This document shows, piece after piece, positions 36,382 to 45,014 of a DNA stretch of 50,173 bases; position 1 is the first letter of the stretch, and every line of letters starts with the position of its first letter. Below the pieces are notes generated by a model. That model searched no databases. It worked only from the letters and a program-made list of their open reading frames with translations, and was not told the origin of the DNA. Source of the stretch: a virus (taxonomy: Duplodnaviria; Caudoviricetes); the IMG/VR virus record IMGVR_UViG_3300044806_000097, positions 1-50,173 of that record; one strand, written 5' to 3'. A program made the position numbers and the translations under genes.

Positions 36382-36693
36382 CTAAATGCCGGTGGCGCGG
36401 CGATAGGTTTCCATCAGCGCGTCGAGTTCAGCCCGGTCATCGGGCTTCATCTTCCGGAGCTTGATCATGGCTCGCATCATCTTGGCGTCGTAACCGACCG
36501 CCTTACCTTCAGCGAACACATCCTTGATGTCGTCGGCAACCCCCTTCTTCTCCTCTTCGAGGCGTTCGGCTCGTTCAATGAGGAGGATGAGTCGGCGGTC
36601 GAGCGCATTGCTCTTCGCCTTCTCACTGGTGTCGAATTGGGGATCGTCGTCGATGTCGTAGGTCTTCTTAGGCTTTGCCATTGGTCCAGTCAC
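36382..36693 (-). CDS. gapR: GapR (DUF2312) family DNA-binding protein
   Basis: LIERAERLEEEKKGVADDIKDVFAEGKAVGYDAKMMRAMIKLRKM matches the DUF2312 signature. Confidence 0.92.
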   Translation of the reverse strand: MTGPMAKPKKTYDIDDDPQFDTSEKAKSNALDRRLILLIERAERLEEEKKGVADDIKDVFAEGKAVGYDAKMMRAMIKLRKMKPDDRAELDALMETYRRATGI

Positions 36694-36726
36694 TTTCCTC
36701 GCTAGGTGACGATCAGGCTATGATCG

Positions 36727-36746
36727 CGTGAAAGAGAGTTGTCAAC
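36727..36746 (-). promoter_or_regulatory. Leftward promoter motif GTTGACA-N8-TCACG
   Basis: Intergenic; the same motif occurs at 38394-38413 and 44641-44660. Confidence 0.75.
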
Positions 36747-36748
36747 TG

Positions 36749-37528
36749 CTATTCGGCGTCCCTCGGCTTCAGGTAGTCGTAAGAAGTCTCGTCATCGCAC
36801 CGCCAGCAATAGCCATTAGGCTTGCCGCACTTGGTGACATTCGACCTGTGGCAGCGCGGGCACTCAGCTTCCTTCGCTAGGTCGCCCGGTGACTTGGAAG
36901 TTGCTTCCGTGCAGCCGGTCGAAGGGCACCCTGCGTGCAGGCAGTACCGGTTCTCGACGCTTGCCATACTGTACGCCTTACCTGTGGTCCGCATGACGGC
37001 TTCTGCGTCAGCGCGGTTCGCACACGACATAAGGGTGCTCGGTTCGCCTTCAACGGACACCCGGACGGCCCACACGGGACGGTCATAAACGCGTTCTTCG
37101 GCTTGGGGCTTCGCGCCGGTCTGGTCTTCGTCCTGGTGCATGACGCCGTGCCGATTGGACGGCTCGCGCCAAGCGATCTCGTTCTTGAGGTCGCTGTCTT
37201 CCCGCATCTGGATAGCGACATTGCGTATCATGCCGTCCGTCGTGACTATGTGCTCGTAGTGCTTGAGCATGTGGTCCATCGACATTGGCGATATGCTGAC
37301 GTTCGCCCGTCCGCCGCCCTCTTCCTCAATCAGGGTGGCGAGCACCGTAGCTACCGTCATGTCCATGAGCGTGGAGGTGACCTCGTTCTCCAGCATGGCG
37401 GCAGCGACCGTCGCGCCGTCGTCGGCGATGAGGGCTGCGATCTTCTCCGCTACTCTGGTAATAGCTAGACGCGGCGTGCTCTTGAGGGCATCCGTGATCA
37501 TCGTCTCGATTTGTTTTGCGCTAAGCAT
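36749..37528 (-). CDS. Hypothetical protein with C-terminal Cys clusters
   Basis: GGAG RBS before ATG 37528; CPRC...CWRC. Confidence 0.7.
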   Translation of the reverse strand: MLSAKQIETMITDALKSTPRLAITRVAEKIAALIADDGATVAAAMLENEVTSTLMDMTVATVLATLIEEEGGGRANVSISPMSMDHMLKHYEHIVTTDGMIRNVAIQMREDSDLKNEIAWREPSNRHGVMHQDEDQTGAKPQAEERVYDRPVWAVRVSVEGEPSTLMSCANRADAEAVMRTTGKAYSMASVENRYCLHAGCPSTGCTEATSKSPGDLAKEAECPRCHRSNVTKCGKPNGYCWRCDDETSYDYLKPRDAE

Positions 37529-37885
37529 AGTATTTTCTCCAGTTGTCCCGCATGTAGGCATTCGGGAAATAGTTCCAAGCGAAAGGGTGCTTCCAGTCGT
37601 CGGCTACGCGGTTGAAATGCTTGAGGCCGGACAGAGCTTCCGGTGGACGAGGGAACTGCATAGCCGCCAAAGTGAAGCCGCAGTCGCGAAATACCTTGTG
37701 CGCCGCCGTAACGTGGGCATCGTGCGGCTCCGGTACGGTCTCTTGTCCCGTACATTGAGCAGGCTGGCTTGAAACTGGTCGTCCCATTCTATGAAAAACT
37801 CGTTGTTGCAGTCCGGACGGACGCAATGCCAAACTCCCGGCCCCACTGCGATTGTTGGAGCACGTCCGCAGATGTGACAGGTCAC
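37521..37885 (-). CDS. Hypothetical Zn-ribbon protein(s) in two overlapping frames (37604..37885 and 37521..37832)
   Basis: CHIC...C...C N-terminus starts at a GTGA overlap; the other frame ends overlapping the next gene. Confidence 0.45.
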
Positions 37886-38055
37886 ACCAAAAACTCCTCG
37901 TCGATCCGGGTAGCCAGCTTAAAGGCCGCCGACCGTTTGTTAGGCTTGGTCTTCAGGTAGTCGCCGATAATGGCCACCATCGCGTCGCTCTCTGCCTTCG
38001 TGAGGATCATCACAGTGCCTGGTTCCTTGCGGACCTCTTCGAAGAAAAGCTTCAT
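37882..38055 (-). CDS. Small hypothetical protein (57 aa, MKLFFEEVRK...)
   Basis: ATGA coupling upstream and GTGA coupling downstream, GGAGG RBS; below the ORF-track cutoff. Confidence 0.65.
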   Translation of the reverse strand: MKLFFEEVRKEPGTVMILTKAESDAMVAIIGDYLKTKPNKRSAAFKLATRIDEEFLV

Positions 38056-38303
38056 TGCACTGGACCTCCTTCATACGGGCGATCTACTTCCCAAGATGAA
38101 GCGATACCGGCAACAGTCTGCCCGTATAGGGTCTTGACGGGAAGTTCCCGCCTCTCATCTTTTGGGTAGTCGTACCACGTGCCTGCCACTTTGATTTGGG
38201 GCCGGTCGTCAAGCATCCTGACGGGTGCGTTCACTAAGTTGTACGGGGGTCCGTCACCTAGCTGCACCGCCGCTTCAGTTATGCGATAGTGGTAGCCGGT
38301 CAT
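38052..38303 (-). CDS. Hypothetical protein
   Basis: AGGAGG RBS; first gene after a promoter. Confidence 0.7.
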   Translation of the reverse strand: MTGYHYRITEAAVQLGDGPPYNLVNAPVRMLDDRPQIKVAGTWYDYPKDERRELPVKTLYGQTVAGIASSWEVDRPYEGGPVQ

Positions 38304-38393
38304 GTTCTTGGTCCTCCTTGGAACTTACTTCCGATAGGCCGAATCGCGATCTCATTTTCTGTCCGATTCGGCCTCGCGACCCTCTGCTAAAAC

Positions 38394-38413
38394 CGTGAAA
38401 GGTTTCTGTCAAC
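38394..38413 (-). promoter_or_regulatory. Leftward promoter motif GTTGACA-N8-TCACG
   Basis: Intergenic copy of the motif. Confidence 0.75.
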
Positions 38414-38436
38414 AGAGAATCGCGAGGTGTCGTCGA

Positions 38437-39906
38437 TTAGGTCTTCTTCCCATCATCCTTCAGACGGTTCTCGATCTTGTGGTCGGCCCGATGGGCGTTG
38501 AACGCGAGCTTGGCGTCAGTCATGACCGCTACGTCCTGCGGCAACAACGGCTCGCCGGTCTCAGGGTCGCCAATCGCCGCAGGCGTCTTGCGGATCGACT
38601 CGTAGTGCCGTGCGATCTCGCACACTTCCTGGAACATCTGGTCGCCAGGGTTGGCGGCATCGCTGCACTCGACGATGTTGCCCTCCAGAAGCGCACCACA
38701 GAAGTCGGCGATTCGAATCAGGAGGTCGCCCATCTCGACACCGAGTTCCGGGTGCTCGGGCAGCTTCTCGTCCGCCGCGCCGGAGACGTAGCCATCATAG
38801 GCTTCCACCAGTTCCGTGACCATGAGCATGAACAGTTCGCCCACGTTGCGCTTCTTTGGCTCGCCCGTGGTAATCTCGGTCCACCAGCCCGCCTTCACGT
38901 TCCGCGCGTAGACGTCCTTGAAGAACGTCCGCAGGCCCTCCGCGTGTGTGATCCCGGTAGAGCGGTCCTCGTTGTACGGGATCACGCGACCTTCGATGAC
39001 CTGCGGCGGGATGTGCAGGCCGATCCGGAACTCGTTCGCAACCTCGATGAGGATACGCGCCATGATCTCGTAGTTGTGCTTATCCGCGTCGCCGGGGTGC
39101 TCAACGATCCACTTCTCAACACCCCTGATCTTGGCGTCGATGTACTGACCGGCGAGTTCCCGTTCTTCGACGTTCCCGGTCACCTCGGCGACCTCAACAG
39201 GCAAGTGTGGTACGCCATCGGGCCGCACGCCGAGCGCGTCCTTACCCTTGGTCGTCAACGTCACCTTGTCGCTCACGTCGTCGCGGTTCAGGAAGCCAAT
39301 CTCGACCAGGGTTTGCAGGATGGGTTGGTCGTCCAGGTGTAGACGGACGCCGAGTGAAGGCTCACCACCAATTTCCGCTATGTGGAGGTCCGAGAGCAGC
39401 TTTCGGGCAGTTCCGGCCGCCTTGGCACCGGAATCGCTCTCCACGGGGCTAAAATCGAGGTTTATGGGCACTTCAGGCGGTGTGTAGTCGTCGTCAAGCG
39501 CCGCAAACATCTTGACCGCTGCTTCGACGTTCCGCTTCGCCTTCTCCGGGTCCGGCTTCGACAGGTGGTGCCGAGCGTAGCCGTCAAACAGTTCACCAGC
39601 AAAGCGGATCGCCGCCGCCATCTCGGGCACGCGGGCGATGGCGACGTTCTTGTTGCCGATGTTCACGAGGCCTTCAGCGCCAAGATGGGTGAAGGTTGAC
39701 AGGTGGAACCCGTCTTCGAAGTACGAATCTTCACCATCGTCACTGAAATTAGGGACGAGCCGGTGCGACGCGTACAGTCTGCCCTCATCCGCCATCATAC
39801 GGAGACCGGCTTCGATGAGGCGTTGGGCAATCTTCTCGCCGTCACGTCCTGCCGCGTAGCTGGCTTCCACCAGTGCGGATATGTCTTTCTTCAAGCCCAT
39901 GATCAA
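38437..39906 (-). CDS. Multidomain protein with C-terminal MazG-like NTP pyrophosphohydrolase
   Basis: LMVTELVEAY...ELGVEMGDLLIRIAD...KLAFNAHRADHK. Confidence 0.75.
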   Translation of the reverse strand: MIMGLKKDISALVEASYAAGRDGEKIAQRLIEAGLRMMADEGRLYASHRLVPNFSDDGEDSYFEDGFHLSTFTHLGAEGLVNIGNKNVAIARVPEMAAAIRFAGELFDGYARHHLSKPDPEKAKRNVEAAVKMFAALDDDYTPPEVPINLDFSPVESDSGAKAAGTARKLLSDLHIAEIGGEPSLGVRLHLDDQPILQTLVEIGFLNRDDVSDKVTLTTKGKDALGVRPDGVPHLPVEVAEVTGNVEERELAGQYIDAKIRGVEKWIVEHPGDADKHNYEIMARILIEVANEFRIGLHIPPQVIEGRVIPYNEDRSTGITHAEGLRTFFKDVYARNVKAGWWTEITTGEPKKRNVGELFMLMVTELVEAYDGYVSGAADEKLPEHPELGVEMGDLLIRIADFCGALLEGNIVECSDAANPGDQMFQEVCEIARHYESIRKTPAAIGDPETGEPLLPQDVAVMTDAKLAFNAHRADHKIENRLKDDGKKT

Positions 39907-40640
39907 TTCCTTTGCTTCGTGTTGTGTTGGTTTCGAGCAGAGGCAACGGCGTCGCTACCTCCGTCCATTCGCATTGCCTTGACGCCGTTTGCCTCGCAGA
40001 AGGCGTCCCAATCGTAGGCGTCGATCCAACCTGTCGGGTGATGAAACCCCCATCGCCGCAGCACCGGACCGGTCAGGAAGATTGTAGTGACGGGAAGTTC
40101 CACCAAGCCGTCGTCGGTAGTGTGGAGCCTGTCGGCTTCGTTGACGGGCCAGAGGCCGAGTTCATGCGCCAAGTCAGACACGCGGACGGCCTTCAGTTCG
40201 AGGCGATGTGCCTTGCGCCCGGTCCAGCGGAACCGCATTGCGCCGGGACCATACCAAGTGCGTCGGTGAACCCCGCCTTCCATGATCTCGTGCTCGTAGT
40301 AGCCGCCGTCGAGTACTATGGAAAAGTTCATCCAAGGATGGTCGTGGAGCGCCCGATCATCGTCTGATCGCCGGACGACGTGGAAGTAGCAGTTGAGCGC
40401 CCAATTGCGGGGTATCCGCCACCATCTCAGCATGTACGCAGGGACTGCCTCGTCGGGGGGTATCCGGAAGTCCATTGGGTGCGTGTAGGTGTACCATTTG
40501 TGCGCGCGAAGTAACTTCCGCGTCGCCCACGCAGGCAACGTGCGCCCGTCGAGCAGCCACAGGAGGGGATAGAGGGGCAGGAGCAGGGCGAGCACCAGAT
40601 AGGCGCGGGTCCACTCCCATGTAGAGTAGGTGTGCTTCAT
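39903..40640 (-). CDS. Cupin-like phage protein with an N-terminal hydrophobic segment
   Basis: YMLRW...YFH...SDDDRALHDHPW...S.VL.GGY.E...AHRLEL...TIFLTGP..R.WGF. Confidence 0.65.
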   Translation of the reverse strand: MKHTYSTWEWTRAYLVLALLLPLYPLLWLLDGRTLPAWATRKLLRAHKWYTYTHPMDFRIPPDEAVPAYMLRWWRIPRNWALNCYFHVVRRSDDDRALHDHPWMNFSIVLDGGYYEHEIMEGGVHRRTWYGPGAMRFRWTGRKAHRLELKAVRVSDLAHELGLWPVNEADRLHTTDDGLVELPVTTIFLTGPVLRRWGFHHPTGWIDAYDWDAFCEANGVKAMRMDGGSDAVASARNQHNTKQRN

Positions 40641-41182
40641 GTCGTGTCTCCGTTCTTGTATCCGGGCAGGAACTGGACGCCGTGCGTGTTGACCTTCGCC
40701 GGTCTCCAGACAACGCCGCACTCCTGGCAGGCGTGGGTGTGATGGGCCTTGTGCTCGAACGCGCCCTCGTCAATGTGCCGGTGGCCGTTCGGGCAGAACA
40801 GGATCATCGGAATCGTGACGTTCGCCTGGTCCTTATCGGTTCGTAGGAGGAACTCAGGGAGGATGAAGTCAAGTGTGGTGCCGGGGAACAGGTGTGGCGT
40901 GGCCTCCTCGTACCAGTACCGCATCCGTCTTTTCCGCTGTCCGGGTACGAGGGGTGCCAGTTCCCGGCGAATGTGCGGCCAGCGGCGGGGCTCGGCGATG
41001 ATCCGGCTTAACGACGCAGACACTGTGCCGTGCCCGTAAGGAAGTAGCGCCGCCAGGTCTTCAGACGTGTGCTGTGCGCCCTCCGGCATCCGCAGCAGCG
41101 CGTAGCACTTGTCGGCAACGGTCATCCGGCCCATACGCGCCGTCATCGTATCGCCTGCGAGGGGGTCTTGTGGATCGCTCAT
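40637..41182 (-). CDS. Hypothetical protein (HTH-like plus Cys/His metal motif)
   Basis: SEDLAALL...TVSASLSRI; CPNGHRHID...HHTHACQECG. Confidence 0.6.
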   Translation of the reverse strand: MSDPQDPLAGDTMTARMGRMTVADKCYALLRMPEGAQHTSEDLAALLPYGHGTVSASLSRIIAEPRRWPHIRRELAPLVPGQRKRRMRYWYEEATPHLFPGTTLDFILPEFLLRTDKDQANVTIPMILFCPNGHRHIDEGAFEHKAHHTHACQECGVVWRPAKVNTHGVQFLPGYKNGDTT

Positions 41183-41183
41183 G

Positions 41184-41912
41184 TCACAGTCTCCTGTATT
41201 CGTCATAGAGGGCCATAGAGACCGGCAAATGGGCGCGAAGGTGCCCGTCAACCGCCTTGGCGTATAGTTGTGCTTCAATCTGCGCGTGGCTGTGATCCCG
41301 CAGACGCAGGAAGTGCATCATGTTGTGTAGGTCCTGCTTCCACAGCCAGTGCGTGTAGTGGTTCAGGTGCAGGAACATGCGGGCGTGCTCGGGGGCGACG
41401 CCTTGCTTCATGTGCCATAGGTAGCTTTCATAGGAATCTCGGCAAGCGGCATCGAGATCGGTCTTGAACGCGGCTTGCGCGTACTCCGGCAGGTTGTCTT
41501 CCTGTCCCTGCTTGGCGCTCGGTGCCTTGCCGCCGACCGTCTCGGGGATATACCACTCTTCAGGCAGGGTGACGTACCGGCCGGACACTTCGTTGATCCC
41601 GGCTGTGCGGTGGCGCACGAACTGGCGGGCCACGAAGATCGGCATCTTCATCTCGAACCAACACTCGACCATCTCGAAAGGCGACGTGTGCCAGTTCTTC
41701 ATCAGGTAACGTGAGAGCTTATGATCTTCCTCCGCAGTGCGCTCTTCGGTCACGTCGAACGACATGCGAGCAGCTTGCGCCGGATCGCGGTCATCGGCAT
41801 CGAACAGGCGTCCGTAGTTGGGGAGTAACGCGTTGTCGGTGCCGGATCGACGCGTTGGTCCCGCGAGATTGCGGAGAGCGACGAACCCGTGGTCAAGAAC
41901 TTTGGTGTGCAT
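41184..41912 (-). CDS. thyX: Flavin-dependent thymidylate synthase
   Basis: HTSPFE, PIFVARQFVRHRTAGINEVSGRY (RHRx7SxR), EHARMFL, LRLR..HAQ.E. Confidence 0.95.
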   Translation of the reverse strand: MHTKVLDHGFVALRNLAGPTRRSGTDNALLPNYGRLFDADDRDPAQAARMSFDVTEERTAEEDHKLSRYLMKNWHTSPFEMVECWFEMKMPIFVARQFVRHRTAGINEVSGRYVTLPEEWYIPETVGGKAPSAKQGQEDNLPEYAQAAFKTDLDAACRDSYESYLWHMKQGVAPEHARMFLHLNHYTHWLWKQDLHNMMHFLRLRDHSHAQIEAQLYAKAVDGHLRAHLPVSMALYDEYRRL

Positions 41913-42045
41913 GTTGGGCCTCCTTGTGGCATTTCAGTTGAGCGGGACTGCGGAAGTGGTATCCGCAGCCTTCGCAGCGTTCGGGGTACGCGAGACTCGG
42001 CTCCCTGCGGCTGGCCCGGTTGCGTTTTGGCGGGCGACAGGTCAC
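41893..42045 (-). CDS. 50-aa micro-protein with a classical C2H2 zinc finger
   Basis: GTG start coupled to the upstream stop; CEGCGYHFRSPAQLKCHKEAQH. Confidence 0.65.
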   Translation of the reverse strand: MTCRPPKRNRASRREPSLAYPERCEGCGYHFRSPAQLKCHKEAQHAHQSS

Positions 42046-42293
42046 GGCTCGCGGCCTTCTTTGTTCTCGGACAGCACGGGCATAGGGTTGGCGGCGAGTT
42101 CGGTGCGGGCGTCGTGTAGCAAACGCTCGGCCTCCGCTCTCGGCCATTCGTGCGTGACCTTGTTGACACCGTAACGAGTCCGCTTGCCGTTGCAGAACTG
42201 CACGGTCGAGCGTCCTTCGTCTTCGGCTTGCCGGATCATGTCCGCCAAGTGCTCGACGTTGCTGGCGTTCCAGATGACGAGGTCGCGGGTCAT
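42042..42293 (-). CDS. Hypothetical protein
   Basis: ATGA-coupled ORF in the operon. Confidence 0.65.
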   Translation of the reverse strand: MTRDLVIWNASNVEHLADMIRQAEDEGRSTVQFCNGKRTRYGVNKVTHEWPRAEAERLLHDARTELAANPMPVLSENKEGREP

Positions 42294-42472
42294 GTCCGCA
42301 CCGTTGTCACGTAGATGCGACTGTTCTGTGTGTCCCACGTCACCATAATAACTTGATAGACAGCATCGTTGAAAACGACACGCTCACCGATTCTAGGGAG
42401 AACGTCGCCGCGCACGTCGGCCCACTCGTCGTAGGGCGTACGCTCCACGTCCTGGAAGACGACCTTGATCAT
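42290..42472 (-). CDS. Hypothetical protein
   Basis: ATGA-coupled ORF (MIKVVF...LPRIGERV). Confidence 0.65.
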   Translation of the reverse strand: MIKVVFQDVERTPYDEWADVRGDVLPRIGERVVFNDAVYQVIMVTWDTQNSRIYVTTVRT

Positions 42473-43839
42473 ATCGCCAGTCCGCTTCCACATTCGAGGC
42501 GAATCTTTTCCTCTACGATCCGAGCGCGCAGTCCGTTTAGTATCGCCACATTGTATCCGTTCCATAGGGCGCAAGCGACGTACCTGACGAATTCCGACTG
42601 GTCCGTAATACGATCATCGCAGAACGCTGCTACTCCACTAAGTCCACACGGTATGCCGCACGTGTCTGGCTCGCACAGGATGTGTGACAAGTCCTGCGAG
42701 ACCAGGAGCGCGACCTCGCTGTCGAGATACCACAGCGCCTTGTCGAGTTCCTGGCAGGGGTCGTCCTTCTTGCCGAGACGCCAGCAATACTTCAGGACTT
42801 GGTAGCCGTTGGCCGACAGGCGTTCACCTATGTCGGCGCACGCCCGTCCGCCGTAGTGCTTGGGGTTGATCGGGTCATTGCCGACCGCTTTGTAGATGTC
42901 AGTCGTGCAGGCCTGTAGCGCCGGGTCGTCGCTACGGAACTTCCGTCCGAGGACCTTGCCGAGTTCTTTTTCAGTGATTGGGTCGGCGAGGGCGATGCGG
43001 TCCCACCAGCCGAGTCGATCAATCAGGCGGAGCACTGAGGCGACCGAAGCGGTTTGCCAATACTGTGACATAGAGGTGACCGACTCTTTCTTGAAGAAGT
43101 CCTGTAGCCACTCCCGGTGCATACTACGCGCCGCCGAGTGGAGCACACCAATGTGGGCCGTCCACCGGGCGCGGGTGTGGAAGGTCGTCTCTGCGTCAAG
43201 ACCGGTGAAAGTCACCGCGAGTTCGGGAACCTTGCCGAGAACGCGATGGGTTCGAGCGCGCTCTCGCATGAGAGAGGTGGGTTCGGAAGTAACTTCTGGC
43301 GCGGGGTAGCCGCCATCTTCTTTGTCGAGCTTGTGGCCCATCGCCACTGCCGCGTCGATCTTGTTGCCCGCCTCCACAAAACCACAGTCGCGGTCTGTGA
43401 CCTCGGGCGCAAGTTCCGCCGCATAACCCCTGACGCGATCAGCAAAGCCGCCATTCGTCAATGCGTCCATATCGTCCTGCATCATGTCGTGTGCCACCTG
43501 TCGTAACCCGATAGCGACCTTGCGTAGCACAGCTTCCACGGCGACGAAGGGGGCTTCGACGTTGACAGTGTACATAGGTGGTGTATCGGCGCGGAACACG
43601 AAGCTCGGCGATCCTGTCGCGGCCTCCAGTACCTGAAGCAGTCGCCAGCCCTCCTTGGACTCCATCGCGTTGAGGTAAGGCACGAGGTGCTGGAGCGATG
43701 GGCGGAAGCCCTTGCCGATGGCGTACAGGCCCTCGACAGACCATGTGGTGAAGGCGCGGATCGGCGACTCATGCTTGAAGTGGTCGCGCTCCGGCTGTTC
43801 ATGCAGGGTATCAGACGTGTCGGTGGTGCGGTCAGACAT
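42469..43839 (-). CDS. Multidomain protein with a DUF3310-like domain
   Basis: DPINPKHY...LKYCWRLGKKDD..QELDKALWYL. Confidence 0.75.
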   Translation of the reverse strand: MSDRTTDTSDTLHEQPERDHFKHESPIRAFTTWSVEGLYAIGKGFRPSLQHLVPYLNAMESKEGWRLLQVLEAATGSPSFVFRADTPPMYTVNVEAPFVAVEAVLRKVAIGLRQVAHDMMQDDMDALTNGGFADRVRGYAAELAPEVTDRDCGFVEAGNKIDAAVAMGHKLDKEDGGYPAPEVTSEPTSLMRERARTHRVLGKVPELAVTFTGLDAETTFHTRARWTAHIGVLHSAARSMHREWLQDFFKKESVTSMSQYWQTASVASVLRLIDRLGWWDRIALADPITEKELGKVLGRKFRSDDPALQACTTDIYKAVGNDPINPKHYGGRACADIGERLSANGYQVLKYCWRLGKKDDPCQELDKALWYLDSEVALLVSQDLSHILCEPDTCGIPCGLSGVAAFCDDRITDQSEFVRYVACALWNGYNVAILNGLRARIVEEKIRLECGSGLAI

Positions 43840-44017
43840 TGAGCATTCCTTCCAGTCGTTCGACGTTCGAGCCTTTGGCCGTGTCGAGGAAATGAGAGAT
43901 GGATCGGCACTTGCACGTTACCTTGACGAACGTGATGCAGCGATCAGTGAGAGGACTGTTGAGGTCTAGGTTGACGTAGGCGTCCACGATGCGTTTGCGC
44001 CGGTCACTCGGGATCAT
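43832..44017 (-). CDS. Hypothetical protein
   Basis: Coupled small ORF, GGAGG RBS. Confidence 0.55.
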   Translation of the reverse strand: MIPSDRRKRIVDAYVNLDLNSPLTDRCITFVKVTCKCRSISHFLDTAKGSNVERLEGMLNV

Positions 44018-44276
44018 CGGCCTGACCTCCCTTAGGTTCTCCGGCGCTCGTTTGGAGGGTGCCTTTCCCTACCATGTCCGCTGGCAGCAACTCGGTGAAG
44101 CGGGCGAGGAGGCGTGACACGTCGCCGCCGTGCTGGAGCAGGCCTTCAAGCGGGTTGGTGGAGTGGTCCTTGACGATCTTGCCTGCGATGGCGGTCAGCG
44201 CCGCGCGGTAGGCTTCGATCTCGCGTAAGTAGGGTTTGCCGTCGTAAACCCAACAGGGTTCGATAGTGATGCACAT
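44004..44276 (-). CDS. Hypothetical protein
   Basis: GGAGG RBS. Confidence 0.7.
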   Translation of the reverse strand: MCITIEPCWVYDGKPYLREIEAYRAALTAIAGKIVKDHSTNPLEGLLQHGGDVSRLLARFTELLPADMVGKGTLQTSAGEPKGGQADDPE

Positions 44277-44304
44277 TGGTTGGTCCTCCGGTACGTGCTG
44301 TAGG

Positions 44305-44598
44305 TTAGATGTCGTCTTCGCCTTCGTCCTCCATGCACGTCAGCGTGACCACCATCATGACCGCAGAGCCGTCATGGGTGAGGAAGTGGCCGCTCTCCAC
44401 CCGATAGTCGCGCTCGGTGGCTTCACGGGTGCGGGCGGCGATCTGGTTCATGCTGTTGCGCATAGATGCCAACGTGCTGCGAATCTTCTTGGTATCGACT
44501 TGGTCGAGCGGCACACGCTTGGTGCGGCTGGTGCTCTCCCCCTCCTTGAGTCGTCGAGCCATCGACGTGACGGTCGCGTTCGGGTCAGCCAATGTCAT
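44305..44598 (-). CDS. Hypothetical protein, first gene of the leftward operon
   Basis: AGGAG RBS; ends EDDI. Confidence 0.75.
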   Translation of the reverse strand: MTLADPNATVTSMARRLKEGESTSRTKRVPLDQVDTKKIRSTLASMRNSMNQIAARTREATERDYRVESGHFLTHDGSAVMMVVTLTCMEDEGEDDI

Positions 44599-44640
44599 TC
44601 TCCTTGTCGGCGTTTTCTTGTTACGCGATCTCGATATGCT

Positions 44641-44660
44641 CGTGACAGAAGGTTGTCAAC
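44641..44660 (-). promoter_or_regulatory. Leftward promoter motif GTTGACA-N8-TCACG
   Basis: Lies in the divergent control region, flanked by GTTACGCG half-sites. Confidence 0.75.
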
Positions 44661-44952
44661 AGCAAGTTACGCGGATCGAGTATAAAAACGTCAGCGGTGG
44701 GGCGGGGGAAAGTGCCAATTTTTGTCCCCATAAACCGGGGGCAGGGGGGTTCGGCGATTCTGACCTCGCGGACGACTGTTGGCCGGGGGAAAGGCAGAAA
44801 GTTTTCGTTCACCGTTTGTTCCGGCCTGGGGTCTGTGTCGCTTTTCGCTTGACAAGTGCAAGGTGAGTCGGAATCGCGCGTCTGCGGGATTCACTGTGTG
44901 ATAGGAAGTTACTTCCTGGCGAGTGAGTGCCGGACTGAGTGCAGAGCGCATT

Positions 44953-44968
44953 TTAATTGTTTGGTAAC
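44953..44968 (+). promoter_or_regulatory. CtrA-box-like site (also 46067-46082 and 47721-47736)
   Basis: TTAA-N7-GTAAC here and GTAA-N7-TTAAC at the other two; each is one mismatch from TTAA-N7-TTAAC and lies upstream of a gene start. Confidence 0.55.
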
Positions 44969-45014
44969 ACTTCGCCTGTTATGCGTGGCGCGTAACAAAA
45001 GAGGAGTGATTCGA

